This document shows, one piece after another, positions 24,122 to 36,010 of a stretch of DNA of 58,344 nt (position 1 is its first letter; every line of letters begins with the position of its first letter). The stretch spans positions 102,516,849-102,575,192 of the forward strand of contig NC_057717.1 in assembly GCF_004010195.1 (NCBI RefSeq), written 5' to 3'. The notes beneath the pieces were generated by a model. The model was not told the DNA's origin. It saw nothing but the letters and a program-made list of their open reading frames with translations, and did no database searches. Source of the stretch: Chiloscyllium plagiosum (Eukaryota). The position numbers and the translations under genes are program-made.

Positions 24122-24260
24122 TTCCTCATTCCTGAAGAAGGGCTAATGCCCGAAACGTCGATTCTCCTGTTCCCTGGATGCTGCCTGACCTGCTGCGCTT
24201 TTCCAGCAACACATTTCCAGCTCTGATCTCCAGCATCTGCAGACCTCATTTTCTCTTCAA
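24122..24260 (+). ncRNA. Lineage A short element with intact hammerhead core (24132-24159) and 11-bp TSD
   Basis: CTGAAGA-a-gggc-taat-gccc-GAAACGTC; TSD agtcatccagt at 24111-24121 and 24261-24271. Confidence 0.75.
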
Positions 24261-24728
24261 AGTCATCCAGTCAAAGCATGATGATGCACCCGTTGAGGGG
24301 AAACTCCTGTTGCCATGGCGATTTCCCTTCGCAGACTGGTGACAGCACTGAAAGCAGGCCGCTCGGCCCATCTCTGTTCAGGCTAGCTCTCTTAAGGAGC
24401 AGATCACTTTGTGCGACTTACTCGCCCTCTCTCTGTACCCTGATGTAGTGCTCCTTTTCAGACGATAATGCAATCCTCTCGTCACAGCCTCGATTGAAGC
24501 TGCCTCGACCACAGTTTTGAGGCCGTGCATTCCACAACCTAACTACTCGCTGTAGGGGAAAGATGTGCTTCAGGCTGCCCCTTGCTTCTTTTGACATTTC
24601 TCTTCAATCTGCACCCCCTCATTCTTGACCTTCCACCAATGGGAATGGTTTCTCCCTGGTCACTCTGCAAAGACACCTTGTGAATTTGAAAACCTCCATC
24701 AAATCTACGCAACTGAGGTCAATATTTG

Positions 24729-24936
24729 CCAGGCAGCATCAGGAGGCGGAGAAGTCAACGTTTCGGGTATTAACCCTTCTACAGGATTAGATATGGGGGG
24801 GGTAGGGGGAATCCTAAAAACGAGCTATACCCAAAGTGTTGACTTCTCTACCTCCTGATGCTGCCTGGCTTGCTGTGTTCTTCCAGCCTCCTGTTTCTCT
24901 CCTTTGGATTCCAGTATCTGCAGTTTTCTGTCTCTG
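24729..24936. mobile_element. Lineage E fold-back element with perfect 17-bp TSD
   Basis: TSD actgaggtcaatatttg at 24712-24728 and 24937-24953; minus strand CTGTAGA-a-gggt-taat-accc-GAAACGTT-gac; inverted arms. Confidence 0.85.
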
Positions 24937-25199
24937 ACTGAGGTCAATATTTGTTCCCTAACCATAGTGCTCACTGGCCAGACCAATATCTATTGGCTGT
25001 CTCTGTTTGTGTTGTTTTTATATCAGACAGGTGTTTGGTCGTTATTCCCCCGGGAATGAGCATCACTGGCCGGGTCAGCATTAATTGCCCATCCCTAACT
25101 GCCCCCCAAGATGCTGATGGTGAGCTCAGAGTCCTAGAGTATTACAGCCCATTGTGTCTGCACTGTTTATCAAACGTCTATCTCCTGTAGAGTTCTAGG

Positions 25200-25300
25200 A
25201 TTCTGAAGGAAGGCCACTTGACCAGAAACGTTAACTCTGATTTCTCTCCACAGATGCTGCCAGACCTGTTGGGCTTTTCCAGCAATTCCCGACTTTGTTT
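25200..25300 (+). mobile_element. Lineage B single arm (further copies about 29410-29525, 30345-30445, 33645-33785, 43270-43545)
   Basis: Shared gaaacgttaactctg...tctccacagatgctgccagacctgctgag; consensus CTGAGGA-a-gggtc-NNNN-gaccc-GAAACGTT-aac. Confidence 0.75.
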
Positions 25301-25374
25301 CTATCTTCTCCAGTCCTGCTTTCTAATACTTCACACAAAGTACATTAAACATTTCGACTGATCATCTAAATATT

Positions 25375-25990
25375 TAGAGTTATCGAGTCATACAACACCG
25401 AAACAGACATCTACCATTAACTCTATCTATATCCCTCAGGTTTTTATAAGCTTTTCTCAGGTCACCTCTCAACCATATATGGTCCAGTGAAAAAAGTCCC
25501 AGCCTATCCAACTTTTCTTTATAACTCAAACCTATACCTGGTAACATCCTGGTAAATCTCTTCTGAAACTTCCCCAGCTTACTGATGCCCTTCCTATAAC
25601 TGGACGACCAGAACTGGGCACAGTATTCCAGAAGCTCATATAATCACAACCCTTCTCTGATTTTTATTTAATTTTTTTATGTGATGTGGACCTTGCTAGC
25701 AAGGTCAACAACTGTTGTCCATCGCTAGTTGTCTATAAAATGAGTGGCTACCATTTTGAAGGGCAGTTAAGAGTCAATTGCTTCACAGGGATGCATCTCA
25801 TCTGGGCCTGGAGGTTTATCCCATTTTAATTCCACTTGAACAGCAAACACCTCCTCCCTCCCAATGGTAATTCGGGTATAAGGCAGTCCTCCTGTTAGGT
25901 TTCTGTAGCTGTGCTGACCACCTTTCCCATGAATAGATGCAAAGTACTCACCCATCTCCTCCAGCTCCAAACACCGTTGCCCTGTGGGCA
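25375..25990 (-). mobile_element. CR1 ORF2 fragments (25375-25637; 25780-25990)
   Basis: EEMGEYFASI...REEVFAVQVELKWDKPPGPDEMHP (K-S/P-PGPD motif). Confidence 0.75.
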
Positions 25991-26484
25991 GCTGGACTCT
26001 GGAGAAAAGGCCATTGTGACATCCGTAAGTCTTTGTTGGTGAAAATGTTGCATTGCGTTGCTTTGGATAGCAAGGGGAGGTGCTGACCGAGGGAAGAAAG
26101 GGGCGTTTTGTCATGCTCCTTGCCCAAACAATGGAGCACAAACTCTCAGGAAGCTTTTAGCTTTACTGTAACACTCGCCATTGGAATCAGGAGTTAATGA
26201 CAACCCAGTACTAGCTAATCTGTCCTTATATGGAGCTGAGCTGCCTGTTGCATTAAACAGGCCAGCAGGCAACTGCACTGAGACAGCCAGGGACATCCGA
26301 GTCTTGTCATCATGTTTAATAAGATGTCACAGGGTTAAGGACAATACAGTAAAGAGTATTGCAAGCTGTCAGTGATCTTGCTCGTCAGCCAAAGAGCTGT
26401 CTGTTTTTATCTGGAGGTTATACAAAGCCTATTAGACTGCTCTGCCTGTCTATAGCTTCTCAGTCATTGGGTATTTAGGAGTTA

Positions 26485-27450
26485 CTACATCATGTTGAGG
26501 TTGTACAGGACATTGGTAAGGCCACTGTGTACAGTTCTGGTCACCCTGCTAGAGGAAAGATAGTATTAAACTGGAGAGGAATCAGAAAAGATTTACCAGG
26601 ATGGAATGGGAGGTTTGAGCTATAAAGGAGAAGTTGGATAGGCTGGGATGTTCTTCACTGAAGGGTAGAAGGTTGAGGAGTGATCATAAAGAGGTTTATA
26701 AAATCATGAGGGGTATAGATAAGATGAATAGCGTAAGTATTTTCCTTAAGGGGCAGGAGTTCAAAACTAGAGGGCATAGGTTTAAGTTGAGAGGAGAAAG
26801 ATTTAAAAGGGACTTGAGGCAACTTTTACACCCAGAGGGTGGTTTGTGCGTGGAATGAACTGCCAGAGGAAGTGGTAGATGTGGGTTACAGTTACAGCAT
26901 TTAAAGCAGTTACAGCATCAGGCCTCAATCCTGATGAAGGCCTTTTGCCCAAAACGTCGATTTTCCTGCTCCCTGGACGCTGCCTGATCTCCAGCACCTG
27001 CAGTACCCACTTCTGCCTACCACATCTAAATCACATTTGGACAGGTACATGGACAGGAAAGGTTTAGAGAGATGTGGGCCAAGCACAGGGAAATGGGATG
27101 AGTTTAGTTTGGGAAATCTGATCGGTGTGGAGGAGTTGAACTGAAGGGTCAGCATCAGGCCTCAATCCTGATGAAGGCTTTTGCCCAAAACGTCGATTTT
27201 CCTGCTCCCTGGACGCTGCCTGACCTGCCGTGCTTTTCCAGCACCACTCTAATCTTGACTCTGATCTCCAGCATCTGCAGTCCTCACTTCTGCCTACCAT
27301 ATCTAAAAGACATTTGGACAGGTACATGGACAGGAAAGGTTAGAGGGATGTGGGCCAAGCACAGGGAAATGGGATGAGTTTAGTTTGGGAAATCTGATCG
27401 GTGTGGAGGAGTTGAACTGAAGGGTGTTTCGATGTACCACGATTTGCGAC
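26485..27450 (+). mobile_element. CR1 3' fragment with an inserted lineage A element; the insertion plus CR1 tail is tandemly duplicated (26913-27149 / 27150-27425)
   Basis: EVYKIMRGIDKM...TRGHRFKLRGERFKRDLR; two copies of aatcCTGATGA...AAAACGTCgatt 237 nt apart. Confidence 0.85.
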
Positions 27451-27536
27451 TCATTCACAGGGACATCTTCAACCAGGCACATGTCTCAAACCTCCAAATG
27501 GGAGGCTTCTGCTCAAAAGGCTGACAAGGATACAGT

Positions 27537-27760
27537 AACAATGACTTGCATTTGTATAGCGCCTTTAATGTAAGGACGATTTCAACCACAGCCTTTCGAC
27601 TGTCAACCTAAATTTTGATACCAGCTTACGCGAGGAGACGTTACAGGCAAGTGACCAAGAACGTTATCCTTGGGGTGGGTTTGAAGCACCATCCTAAAGG
27701 TGGAGAGGGCATGGAGAATGGGACTGGTTCAAAGAGGGAATTGCGGAGCCGAGGAACGGA
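27537..27760 (-). mobile_element. L2 LINE 3' end (further L2 remnants at about 45650-45890 + and 52540-52970 +)
   Basis: Antisense tail aacaatgacttgcatttgtatagcgcctttaatgta; the 52.6-kb piece resembles the L2 ORF2 HITP...LHWL...RSLRS region. Confidence 0.65.
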
Positions 27761-27984
27761 TCGGAGCAGACCCCAAACTCTCAGGCTGGGCTCCTTCAGT
27801 CTTCAAGGTCTAACATGGGTCTGATCAAAGTCTCAGTTGAGTTGGGTTTGCCATCAATCTAGGATTAGCCTCAGCAACTGAGGTTGGATTTCTTGGACAC
27901 TGTCACAAGCCACAACCAAATTGAAAATCCTGGAATGACGTTCGAAAAAAAAAGACTTTTACTTTAAGTTTGAACACTTTTTAC

Positions 27985-28305
27985 GAACCCCACCATGCAG
28001 AAACAGGCCATTTAACCCAACAAGTCCACACTAACTCTCCAAAGAGCACTCCACCTGGAGCCGTTCCCCCTACCCTATAACCCTGCATTTCCCCATGGCT
28101 GTTCCAGCTAGCCTGCAGGGCCCTGAACAATTTCCCATTACCAATCCACCCTAACCTGCACATCTTTGGACTGTGGGAGGAAACCGGAGCACCTGGAGGA
28201 AACCCACACAGACATGGGGAGAATGTGCAAGCTCCGCACAGACAGTCTGGAATCGAAACCGGGTCCCTGGCGCTGTGAGGCAGCAATGCTAACCACTGCA
28301 CTGCT
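27985..28305 (-). mobile_element. HE1-like V-SINE
   Basis: Head, V-core and tail as in other copies. Confidence 0.85.
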
Positions 28306-29534
28306 CCAGGATAATTTCTGATTCTTAGCGACCGATCTATTGGAGATAGGGGAAGAAAGCTGTTTGATTGACTGTCAGGAATGAATCTCCGAATGAACAA
28401 TCACGCCTTTTCTTATTAATTGGCTGTGAGAAGGAAGGGCATCACAAGAACAGGGCAGTGGCGATAATATCGGGATGAGTCACGTGATGAAATCTCCAGG
28501 AAAACGGTCAGGCAGAGTTGCCAATCTGAGGTGGTAAAGGCCTGAATCTCCATTTGTCTTCCTGGGCCCCAGGGTTTGATGTTCCCAGCTGGAAAAGTGG
28601 CCAAAAATCCAACATCTTTCAAAACGTCAAGAACCAAGGAGGCGTCTGAGGAGTTAAATGTGACGTTACACGGGTCAGTACAGTCAAACATTTTTCTATT
28701 TCTCGACGACGGCTGACATTTGTCGGAACTCCTGATGCAAAATACCACCTCAAAGACAATACCCCTCAAGCAGGAAGTGAAGGTGGGCAGGAAAGGGGTG
28801 AGGGCGAAAGTGCAGTCTCTGGGAAATGAGTTACTGGAACACAGAGGGTGGACAGTAACAGCTGAGCGATCAGTTGGGAAGGGGATAGGCAGGGGGCAAG
28901 AAGGTCATCAATGAAGACAGCCAGGCAGAATGTACTGTTGCAGGAAACTGGGTGGGGTGTATTTGAGCTGCACAGTATACCCCACACATGGATTCTATCC
29001 AGAGCTCCAACCACTGCATTTTACTGAGTTTACACAAACTCATTTAGGAATGTCCGATAGTTCCCATGGTGACACATCTGGAAAACCAGCAAGCATTTCT
29101 TAGTCGCTCTCAATTCAGGGAAGCGAATCCCTGAGCTAGCAACGTAATTTGTGAAATCTGATAGACAATGGACGCTTAATTAAAACCTGATGTTCAAGGG
29201 GTTGACACACTGAATCTGAGACTCCAGCGTAATTGTGAAGTATCTATTGCTCTTTCATGGCACGTACAGCCAATATAACAACCATATCATGTACAGGTTT
29301 ATGTCTGTTCACAGCCTGAGGAATGGGTGAGATTTTAACCCTTGCAAAACCCAATATGCGTGAACAAAGTTAAAATCATTGCCTTCTAGTTTGCATCTCG
29401 GGGTCAGGGATTGCTGAAGATGGGTTTCCGGACTCAAAACTTAACTCTATTTCTCTCTCCACACGTGCTGCCAGACCTGCTGAGTTTCTCCAGCATTCTC
29501 TTTATCTGTTTCAGATTTCCAATCTTTTTTTTAG

Positions 29535-29850
29535 GTTAGATTCTCTCCAATATGGAAACAGGCCCTTCGGCCCAACAAGTGCACACCGACCCTCCGAAGA
29601 GTAACCCACCCAGACCCATTCCCCTACCCTATATTTCACTAATGCACCTAACACTATGGGCAATTTAGCACAGCCAATTCACCTGGTCTGCGCATCTTTG
29701 GATTGTGGGAGGAAAGTGGACAACCTGGAAGGAACCCACACAGACACAGGGCGAATGTGCAAACTCCACACAGTCGCCTGAGGCAGGAATTGAACCCAGG
29801 ATCCTGGCGCTGTGAGGCTGCAGTTCTAACCACTGAGCTACCGTGCCACC
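29535..29850 (-). mobile_element. HE1-like V-SINE
   Basis: gggtggcacggtagctcagtggttag head; V-core; tail. Confidence 0.9.
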
Positions 29851-29864
29851 CTTCTGGTGTAAAT

Positions 29865-30245
29865 ATAAGAACCAGGAGCATGAGTAGGCTGCCTGACCCC
29901 TCGAGCCCGCTCCGCCTTTCAATAAGATCATGGCTAATCTTTTCATGGACTCAGCTCCACTTAAGCGCCCTCTCACCATAACCCTTAATTCCTTTACTGT
30001 ATCTATTTTTGACTTAAAAATATTCAACGAGGTAGCGCCAACTGCATCACTGGGAAGATTCCACAAATTCACAATCCTTTGGGTGAAGACGTTCCTCCTC
30101 AGCTCAGTCCTAAATCTGCTCCCCCCTATTTTGAGGCTATGCCCCCTAGTTCTGGTCTCACCCCTCAGTGGAAACAACCTCCCTGCTTCCATCTTATCTA
30201 TTCCCTTCATAATTGTATATGTTTTTATAGGATCTCCCCACCTAC
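29865..30245 (-). mobile_element. CR1 3' fragment
   Basis: MKGIDKMEAGRLFPLRGETRTRGHSLKIGGSRFRTELRRNVFTQRIVNLWNL. Confidence 0.9.
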
Positions 30246-31264
30246 TATCCTAAAGATGCCAGTCCCCCCTCCTATTCACTATGACATTACATTCTCTGAT
30301 CTACAGTTGTCCCCTGTCTCTGTCAGTGACCCAGTACATCAAAGCCCTCTGAGGAAGGGTCTCCGGACCCAAAGCATTAACTCTGATTTCTCGTCACAGA
30401 TGCTGCCAGACCTGCTGAGCTTTTCCAGCACCTTCTGTTTTTCTAGCCCTTACACAGACTTAAGTTATCTGCTAGCTCTGGGTCTTTGTGGATTTCTCCC
30501 TGACCCCTTTGGTGAACATCACCACCAGCATACCCCCAGCCCCGATCACTCCAAGAATGGACCACGGCCTACCCCATAGACTGATGTCTCGATAGCCCCC
30601 CAGTGGTCCTACCTGTAATCCCCACCTGACCAGGGCTGATACACCTCTCTGATCAGACCCAGTACTGATTGTGGGCAACCCCCTGGTCTGCGATAGGTCA
30701 CGTGCCTTGACAGACTGGAGCAGGACCCCCCTGACTGACTATAGTTCCCTCCCTTCACCCCACTAAGGACTGCTCCCCTTTGATGTTTACACATGGCTGT
30801 GTGTTTGAAGTATGTGTAGTGTATTTGCTGTGTAATGTGCCAGCATGTACTGTGGCTCTGACAGTGCCCTACAGAGACATGTCCATCCCTTATAGGGTGG
30901 TTTATAGCGTGACTAACTGTTTGGTTCTCTACACTGTCTCCAGCTCCCTCTGAACTGAAAAGCAGTGTTGGCCATTAAGGCCGGCACTGGGCACAATAAA
31001 GACCCTGTGAGTTCAGGAAGCAAAGAGACCGCCCTCGGGATTGGCAGCTGGTACATCAGTGCTGAAGTCCGGAAGCATGCACTACAGCAACACCGTGGAG
31101 CAGATGGAGTATGTCAGGCTCCAAGTGCTCACTAGGTGAGCGAGTGCTCACAAAATGAGCTGAGAGCCATAAGGGGCATCCTGTGTCGAGTGTCCCTGAG
31201 GACAGAGTGACCTGGCAGAGACCTGGCAGTGAAGATGGCGCTGCGCTTCGAAGAAGGTTTTGTG

Positions 31265-31775
31265 TGGAAGACCGTCAGAAAGCTGCCTGTGTGGAGTTTG
31301 CAAGCTCTCCCTCTGTCTGCATGGGCTTCCTCGAGACGCTCTGGTTTCCAAAGGTGTGCGGGTGGATTAGCCGTGCTAAATTGCCCCGTAGTGTCTGAGG
31401 ATATGCAAACAAGGTGGGTTAGCTATAGGAAATGCAGGGTTACAGGGATAGGTAGTCAAAAAGTGTGGCGCTGGAAAAGCACAGCCGGTCAGGCAGCATC
31501 CAAGGAACAGGAGAATCGACATTTAGAGCATAAGCTCTTCATCCTGATGTAGGCCTTGTGCTCAAAATGTTGACTCTCCTGCTCCTTGGATGCTGCCTGA
31601 CTGGCTGTGCTTTTCCAGCGCCACACGTTTTGACTCTGATCTTCAGCATCTGCAGTCCTCACTTTCTCCTACAGGGATAAGTAGGGATCTGGTTTGGGCA
31701 CTCTTTGGAGGGTCAGTGCAGACTTGATGGGCTGAATGGCCTCTTCCTGCACTGGAAGGATCCTACAATTCTAAA
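31265..31775 (+). mobile_element. HE1-like SINE containing a lineage A fold-back element (31456-31669)
   Basis: V-core; TSD tacagggata(g/a)gtag at 31441-31455 and 31670-31684. Confidence 0.85.
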
Positions 31776-31820
31776 GTGTGGAGTGGTATGAGAGTTCACC
31801 TGAGGGTGGCCATGGTGAGG

Positions 31821-31989
31821 TCAGGGACAAAAAAATCTGCAGATGCTGGAATCCAAGGAGGCTGGAAGAGCACAGGAAACCAGGCAGCATCAGGAGGTGG
31901 AGACGGCAACATTTCAGGTCCTGAAGAAGGGTCAGACCCAACACGTTGACTTCTCCACCTCTTAATGCTGCCTGGCTTGCTGTGTTCTT
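31821..31989. mobile_element. Lineage E fold-back element with TSD
   Basis: TSD ccatggtgagg at 31810-31820 and 31990-32000; gtc-CTGAAGA-a-gggtcagaccc-AACACGTT-gac at 31918-31950. Confidence 0.8.
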
Positions 31990-32539
31990 CCATGGTGAGG
32001 CCAGGAGCATAACGCAGTGCCAATGCCTACCTGTGGGGGAGGAAGGTTGGAGGGAGATGGTGCCCTTGGAGTAGTCAATGGATGTTGCAGTGATGCAGCA
32101 GTTGGATGATGAGCTGACAGTCATTGAGATGCAATCACCAGGTACCCCATTCTGACTTGTGTCAGGGGTTCGTGCCACTTCATCCCTCAGTGGCCAGTTG
32201 GACAACTGGGAGGTGAGCTGGGGTTTGCATGAGATGCAAACATGTGCAAACGAGATTCTGAGCTCACACCGAGGGGGAAATCCAGGGTGGTGTTTCCCAT
32301 TCCTATCATATTTTCCCACCTTCCTTACCAGTTCCCATACCACACCAGCCAGGAGGAAGTTCTGCCCATGATCACTCCCCTCGTCAGCTCCATCCTGAGG
32401 GATGTGCCCCAGATTTGTCAGAATAAAGCACTCAACTGGTGCAAATCATGTGGGTCCTCCATTCCTGAGTGAAGTATCTTCCTGAGATACTACATGTTAT
32501 GTTACATCAAAGAGGTTAACAGAATCATTGAATTTATCC

Positions 32540-32860
32540 TAGAATCCTTACAGGCCATTTGACCCAACAAGTCCATACTGACCCTCCGAAGAGTAACCCA
32601 CCCAGGTCATTCCCCTCCCCCATTACTCTATATTTACCCCTGAGTAATGCACCTAACCTACACATCCCTGAACACTACAAGCAATTTAGCATGGCCAATT
32701 TACATAACCTGAACATCTTTGGATTGTGGGAGGAAACCGGAGCACCTGGAGGAAATCCAGGCAGGCGTGGGGATAATCACACAGACAGTCGACCGAGGCT
32801 GGAACCAAACCACCCTGGCGCTGTGAGGCAGCAGTGCTAACCACTGAGTCACCACACTGT
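32540..32860 (-). mobile_element. HE1-like V-SINE
   Basis: Head, V-core and tail. Confidence 0.85.
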
Positions 32861-33127
32861 CCTACACAGAATAACAGCACGTCTGATAATCTATTGAGGG
32901 CTGAGGCTGGATGAGTCACAAAACCAAGGACACAGAGGCTGAGTCAGATTAATGTGCCATCTTTTTGATGATGGACTGGAGCTGGCAGGGGGTTCCAGTC
33001 AAAGCTTGCTGTGAAAAAGTGGGTCACCCTTAACCGATTACCCAGTCAACCCAGGAAATGTCCGACTTGCTGGATTATTCCGGACATCTCCATGGGCACC
33101 GTGACACTCATTAAAAGCTGCATTGTC

Positions 33128-33221
33128 TTCCTGAAGAAGGGCTCATGCCCGAAACATCGATTCTCCTGCTCCTTGGATGCTGCCTGACCTGCTGCGCTTT
33201 TCCAGCAACACATTTTCAGCT
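33128..33221 (+). mobile_element. Lineage A single arm
   Basis: CTGAAGA-a-gggc-tcat-gccc-GAAACATC at 33131-33158. Confidence 0.75.
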
Positions 33222-33794
33222 CGTTTCTGCCCGACTGTCAGTCAACAATATCGTCTGCGAACAGAAGCGCAAGGAAAGACTCTGGTGTTCCTGTCATATC
33301 TTATCCCATCCTTTGCCAACATCTTAGGGTTGCGTGGTGGGGTCCGGTGGGAAATGTCACAGGAATTTCACTCACACAGCAAGACCCCACACAAAGCGAG
33401 GTGCGATGGGAAACTCTGCAAACTCGCCATGAGCTACTTATCGTTCACTGGAGGATGTCAAGGTGGTCTCATTGCAATCTCACTCACTGCACCCCCTCAT
33501 TATTTCCGATGGACTGTCCGATGTAATCTGCTGCTGGCCCGGGACTTTAAATCTATTGAGCCAGAGGGGGAGGGACAGAGTGTGATCTCTGCAGCTGGGT
33601 GCTCAGAGAAATTATCACCACCAGGGTGGTCTTTTACAATGAGGGTTAATGTTTTGGGTCCAGCGTCCCTTCCTCAGAGCAGGCCTGGACCTGAAACGTT
33701 ACCTCTGATTTCTCTACACAGATGCTGCCAGACCTGCTGAGCTTTTCCAGCACCTTCTGTTTTTGTTTCGGATTTGCAGCATCTGTTTGTAAAT

Positions 33795-34360
33795 TTCCTC
33801 CCCGGGGCTGGTGGGTTTGTACTCAGTCGTTTCGTCACCAGGCTAGGTAACATCATCAGTGAGCCTCCGGTGAAGCGCTGCTGCTGCGTCCCACTTGCTA
33901 TTTGTCTGCCTCGGTTTGTTGGGGTGGGTGATATCATTTCCTGTTCTGTTTCTGGGAGGTTGGTAAATGGGGTCAAGATCGATGTGTTTGTTGATGAAAT
34001 TCCGGTTTGAATGCCAGGCCTTTAGGAATTCCCCTGCATGTCTTTGTTTAGCCTGTCCCAAGATGGGTGTATTGTCCCAGTCGAACTGGTGTCCTTCGTC
34101 TGTGTGTGTGGATACCATTGATAGCTGGTCACATCTTTTGGTGGCTAGTTGATGCTCATATAAGCTGGTGGCTAGTTTCCTGCCAGTTTGTCCAATGTAA
34201 TGTTGCAGTCCTTGCAGGGCATTTTGTACATGATGTTCGTTTTGCTGATTGTTGGTACAGGGTCCTTTAAATTCATCAAGAGCTGTTTGAGGGTGGTGGT
34301 AGGTTTGTGGGCTACCATGATGCCGAGGGGCTGGATCTACAGTTCTTTCAACTTGTGCAA
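33795..34360 (-). mobile_element. Penelope-like element GIY-YIG fragment plus 3' tail
   Basis: HYIGQTGRKLATSLYEHQLATKRCDQLS...QFDWDNTPILGQAKQRHAGEFLKAWHSNRNFINKHIDLDPIY. Confidence 0.9.
33822..33863 (-). ncRNA. Lineage D hammerhead motif with full stem I
   Basis: ctca-CTGATGA-t-gttacc-tagcct-ggtgac-GAAACGAC-tgag; stem I ctca/tgag; cleavage triplet mutated (GAC). Confidence 0.7.
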
Positions 34361-34517
34361 CGAGTGCTGTGTTTCGACACGGGGGGATGTGGAGAAAGTG
34401 CTTCCGGTAGTGAAGAGGACTGAAATGAGGACTCATAATCTACTCTCCCTTCAACTGCCCCTGTTGCTTTGTGGGCATCCAAGAATCGTGTGCAGCAGTA
34501 CCTTCCAGAACTGGTCA

Positions 34518-34730
34518 TGATGTGGAGGAGCCAGTGTTGGACTGGGGTGGACAAAGTTAAAACCCACACAATGCCAGGTTATAGTCCAACAGGTTTATTT
34601 GGAAGCACTAGCTTTCGGAGCACTGCTCCTTCATCAGCACCACAACCACCTGATGAAAGAGCAGTGCTCTGAAAGCTTGTGCTTCCAAAGAAACATGTTG
34701 GACTATGACCTGGTGTTGTGTGATTTTTAA
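34518..34730. mobile_element. Lineage C fold-back element with hammerhead cores on both arms (- 34609-34637; + 34650-34678)
   Basis: CTGATGA-a-ggagc-agt-gctcc-GAAAGCTA (-) and cac-CTGATGA-a-agagc-agt-gctct-GAAAGCTT-gtg (+). Confidence 0.85.
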
Positions 34731-35289
34731 CTTCTGGAAGTGGGAATGCTTTGAAGGGGGTGCTGCTCCCAGTAATTACTAATAAATCCAGGGAAGAAAT
34801 GTTTTTACTCAGAGAGAAGTTAAAAAGCAGAACTCACTGCTGAAGGAAATGATTGAGGTGATTTGGGGCAGAGACTGGAGAGAAAAGGAGATAGGAAGAT
34901 ATTCCCAGATAGATAAAATGCGGGAAGATCTTTGTGAAATATGCATGACCGCATCTGAATGGCATATTTGCACCCTCCATATTCCACATAGAGTCATAGA
35001 GTTGTACAGCATGGGAAAAATCTCCTTTGGGGTTAAAGAGAAAGGCAAAGAGAGACCTCAGTGCTATATCCCAATGCCATCTTTGGGATTGGGAGAGGAC
35101 ATTCATTTCCAATTTGTCCACTCCCTGTGGATTCTAGCCCTCGGTTTTGCCTCATGACCCACTCAGGAACTGAGAAGCAGTGAAGTGGGGAACTACAGGG
35201 GCAATCCTCAAGTACTCTGTGAGGGTTGTGGCTCACTGGATGACATGTATGCTTACAGAAGGATACGTGTAGACTTTGCACTGCAGTCC

Positions 35290-36010
35290 AGCCCACACTC
35301 CCAGACTGTACTCCGAGTTCGTACTGAGGGAGTGCTACACTGACACCAGGGTCGTGATTGTAACAAAGTCAGCCAGCTGGATCTCATCGAATAGGGGATC
35401 CCTGATTGGGGCTGTCAACCTGGTCCAATCAGGGAGCCCTGGCTGACAGATATGAACAGGAGGGTCAGAGGTACTGACTCTCTGATAGCTGACTCTGAAT
35501 GAAGCAGTACTAAAGTTAAAGACTCTTTACATGTAAATAAAGGCATATGAATGAGTGCACAAATAGTAAGTGTTTGGAGGGATATGCACCAAATCCTGGC
35601 AAGTGGGGCTAGATTAGGTTGGGATATCTGGTCGGCATGGCTGAGTTGGATCAAAGGGTCTGTTTCTGTGCTGGACATCTCTATGACCCTGAAGGGTAAC
35701 TTCATTACGGGATACTGGATGCTGTGGAGTTACTTCAAGGAGTGCCATCTTTGAGATCAAATGTTCGACCGAATCTGTCGAAGGTTGAAGATCTCATGGG
35801 CCTGATTTGAAAAAGACCCTGATCAATATTTACCTCACAACATCCCCCACAAAGATGATCTCATCACTACGCTGCTTTGTGGGAGTTTAACTTGCTCACG
35901 ATTGGCTGCTCTACCTCCTGCGTTTCGACAGCCGCCGCACTCAGTGGGCCGTAAAGCAGATCGTTATGTTCTATGGGTGATAAAAGGTGCTAACTAAATG
36001 CAAGTCTGAC
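35290..36010 (+). mobile_element. Deu-type SINE, interrupted by a solo-LTR-like element (a second Deu-like copy at about 37220-37950 is split by CR1)
   Basis: gtactgagggagtgctacactg...gtgccatcttt...aatatttacctcacaac...ctgctttgtgggag...attggctgc...aaatgcaagtct. Confidence 0.6.
35359..35737 (+). mobile_element. Solo-LTR-like element carrying a CR1 tail insertion (about 35544-35691)
   Basis: tgtaac...ttca termini, aataaa, internal ccctgattgg/ccaatcaggg inverted repeat; homologous to 38032-38237. Confidence 0.6.

Noticed and set aside
30450..32470. Harbinger/Myb-like coding remnant or host exons in GC-richer sequence (also 16130-16480)
   Set aside because: No recognisable motif or consistent frame; left unclassified
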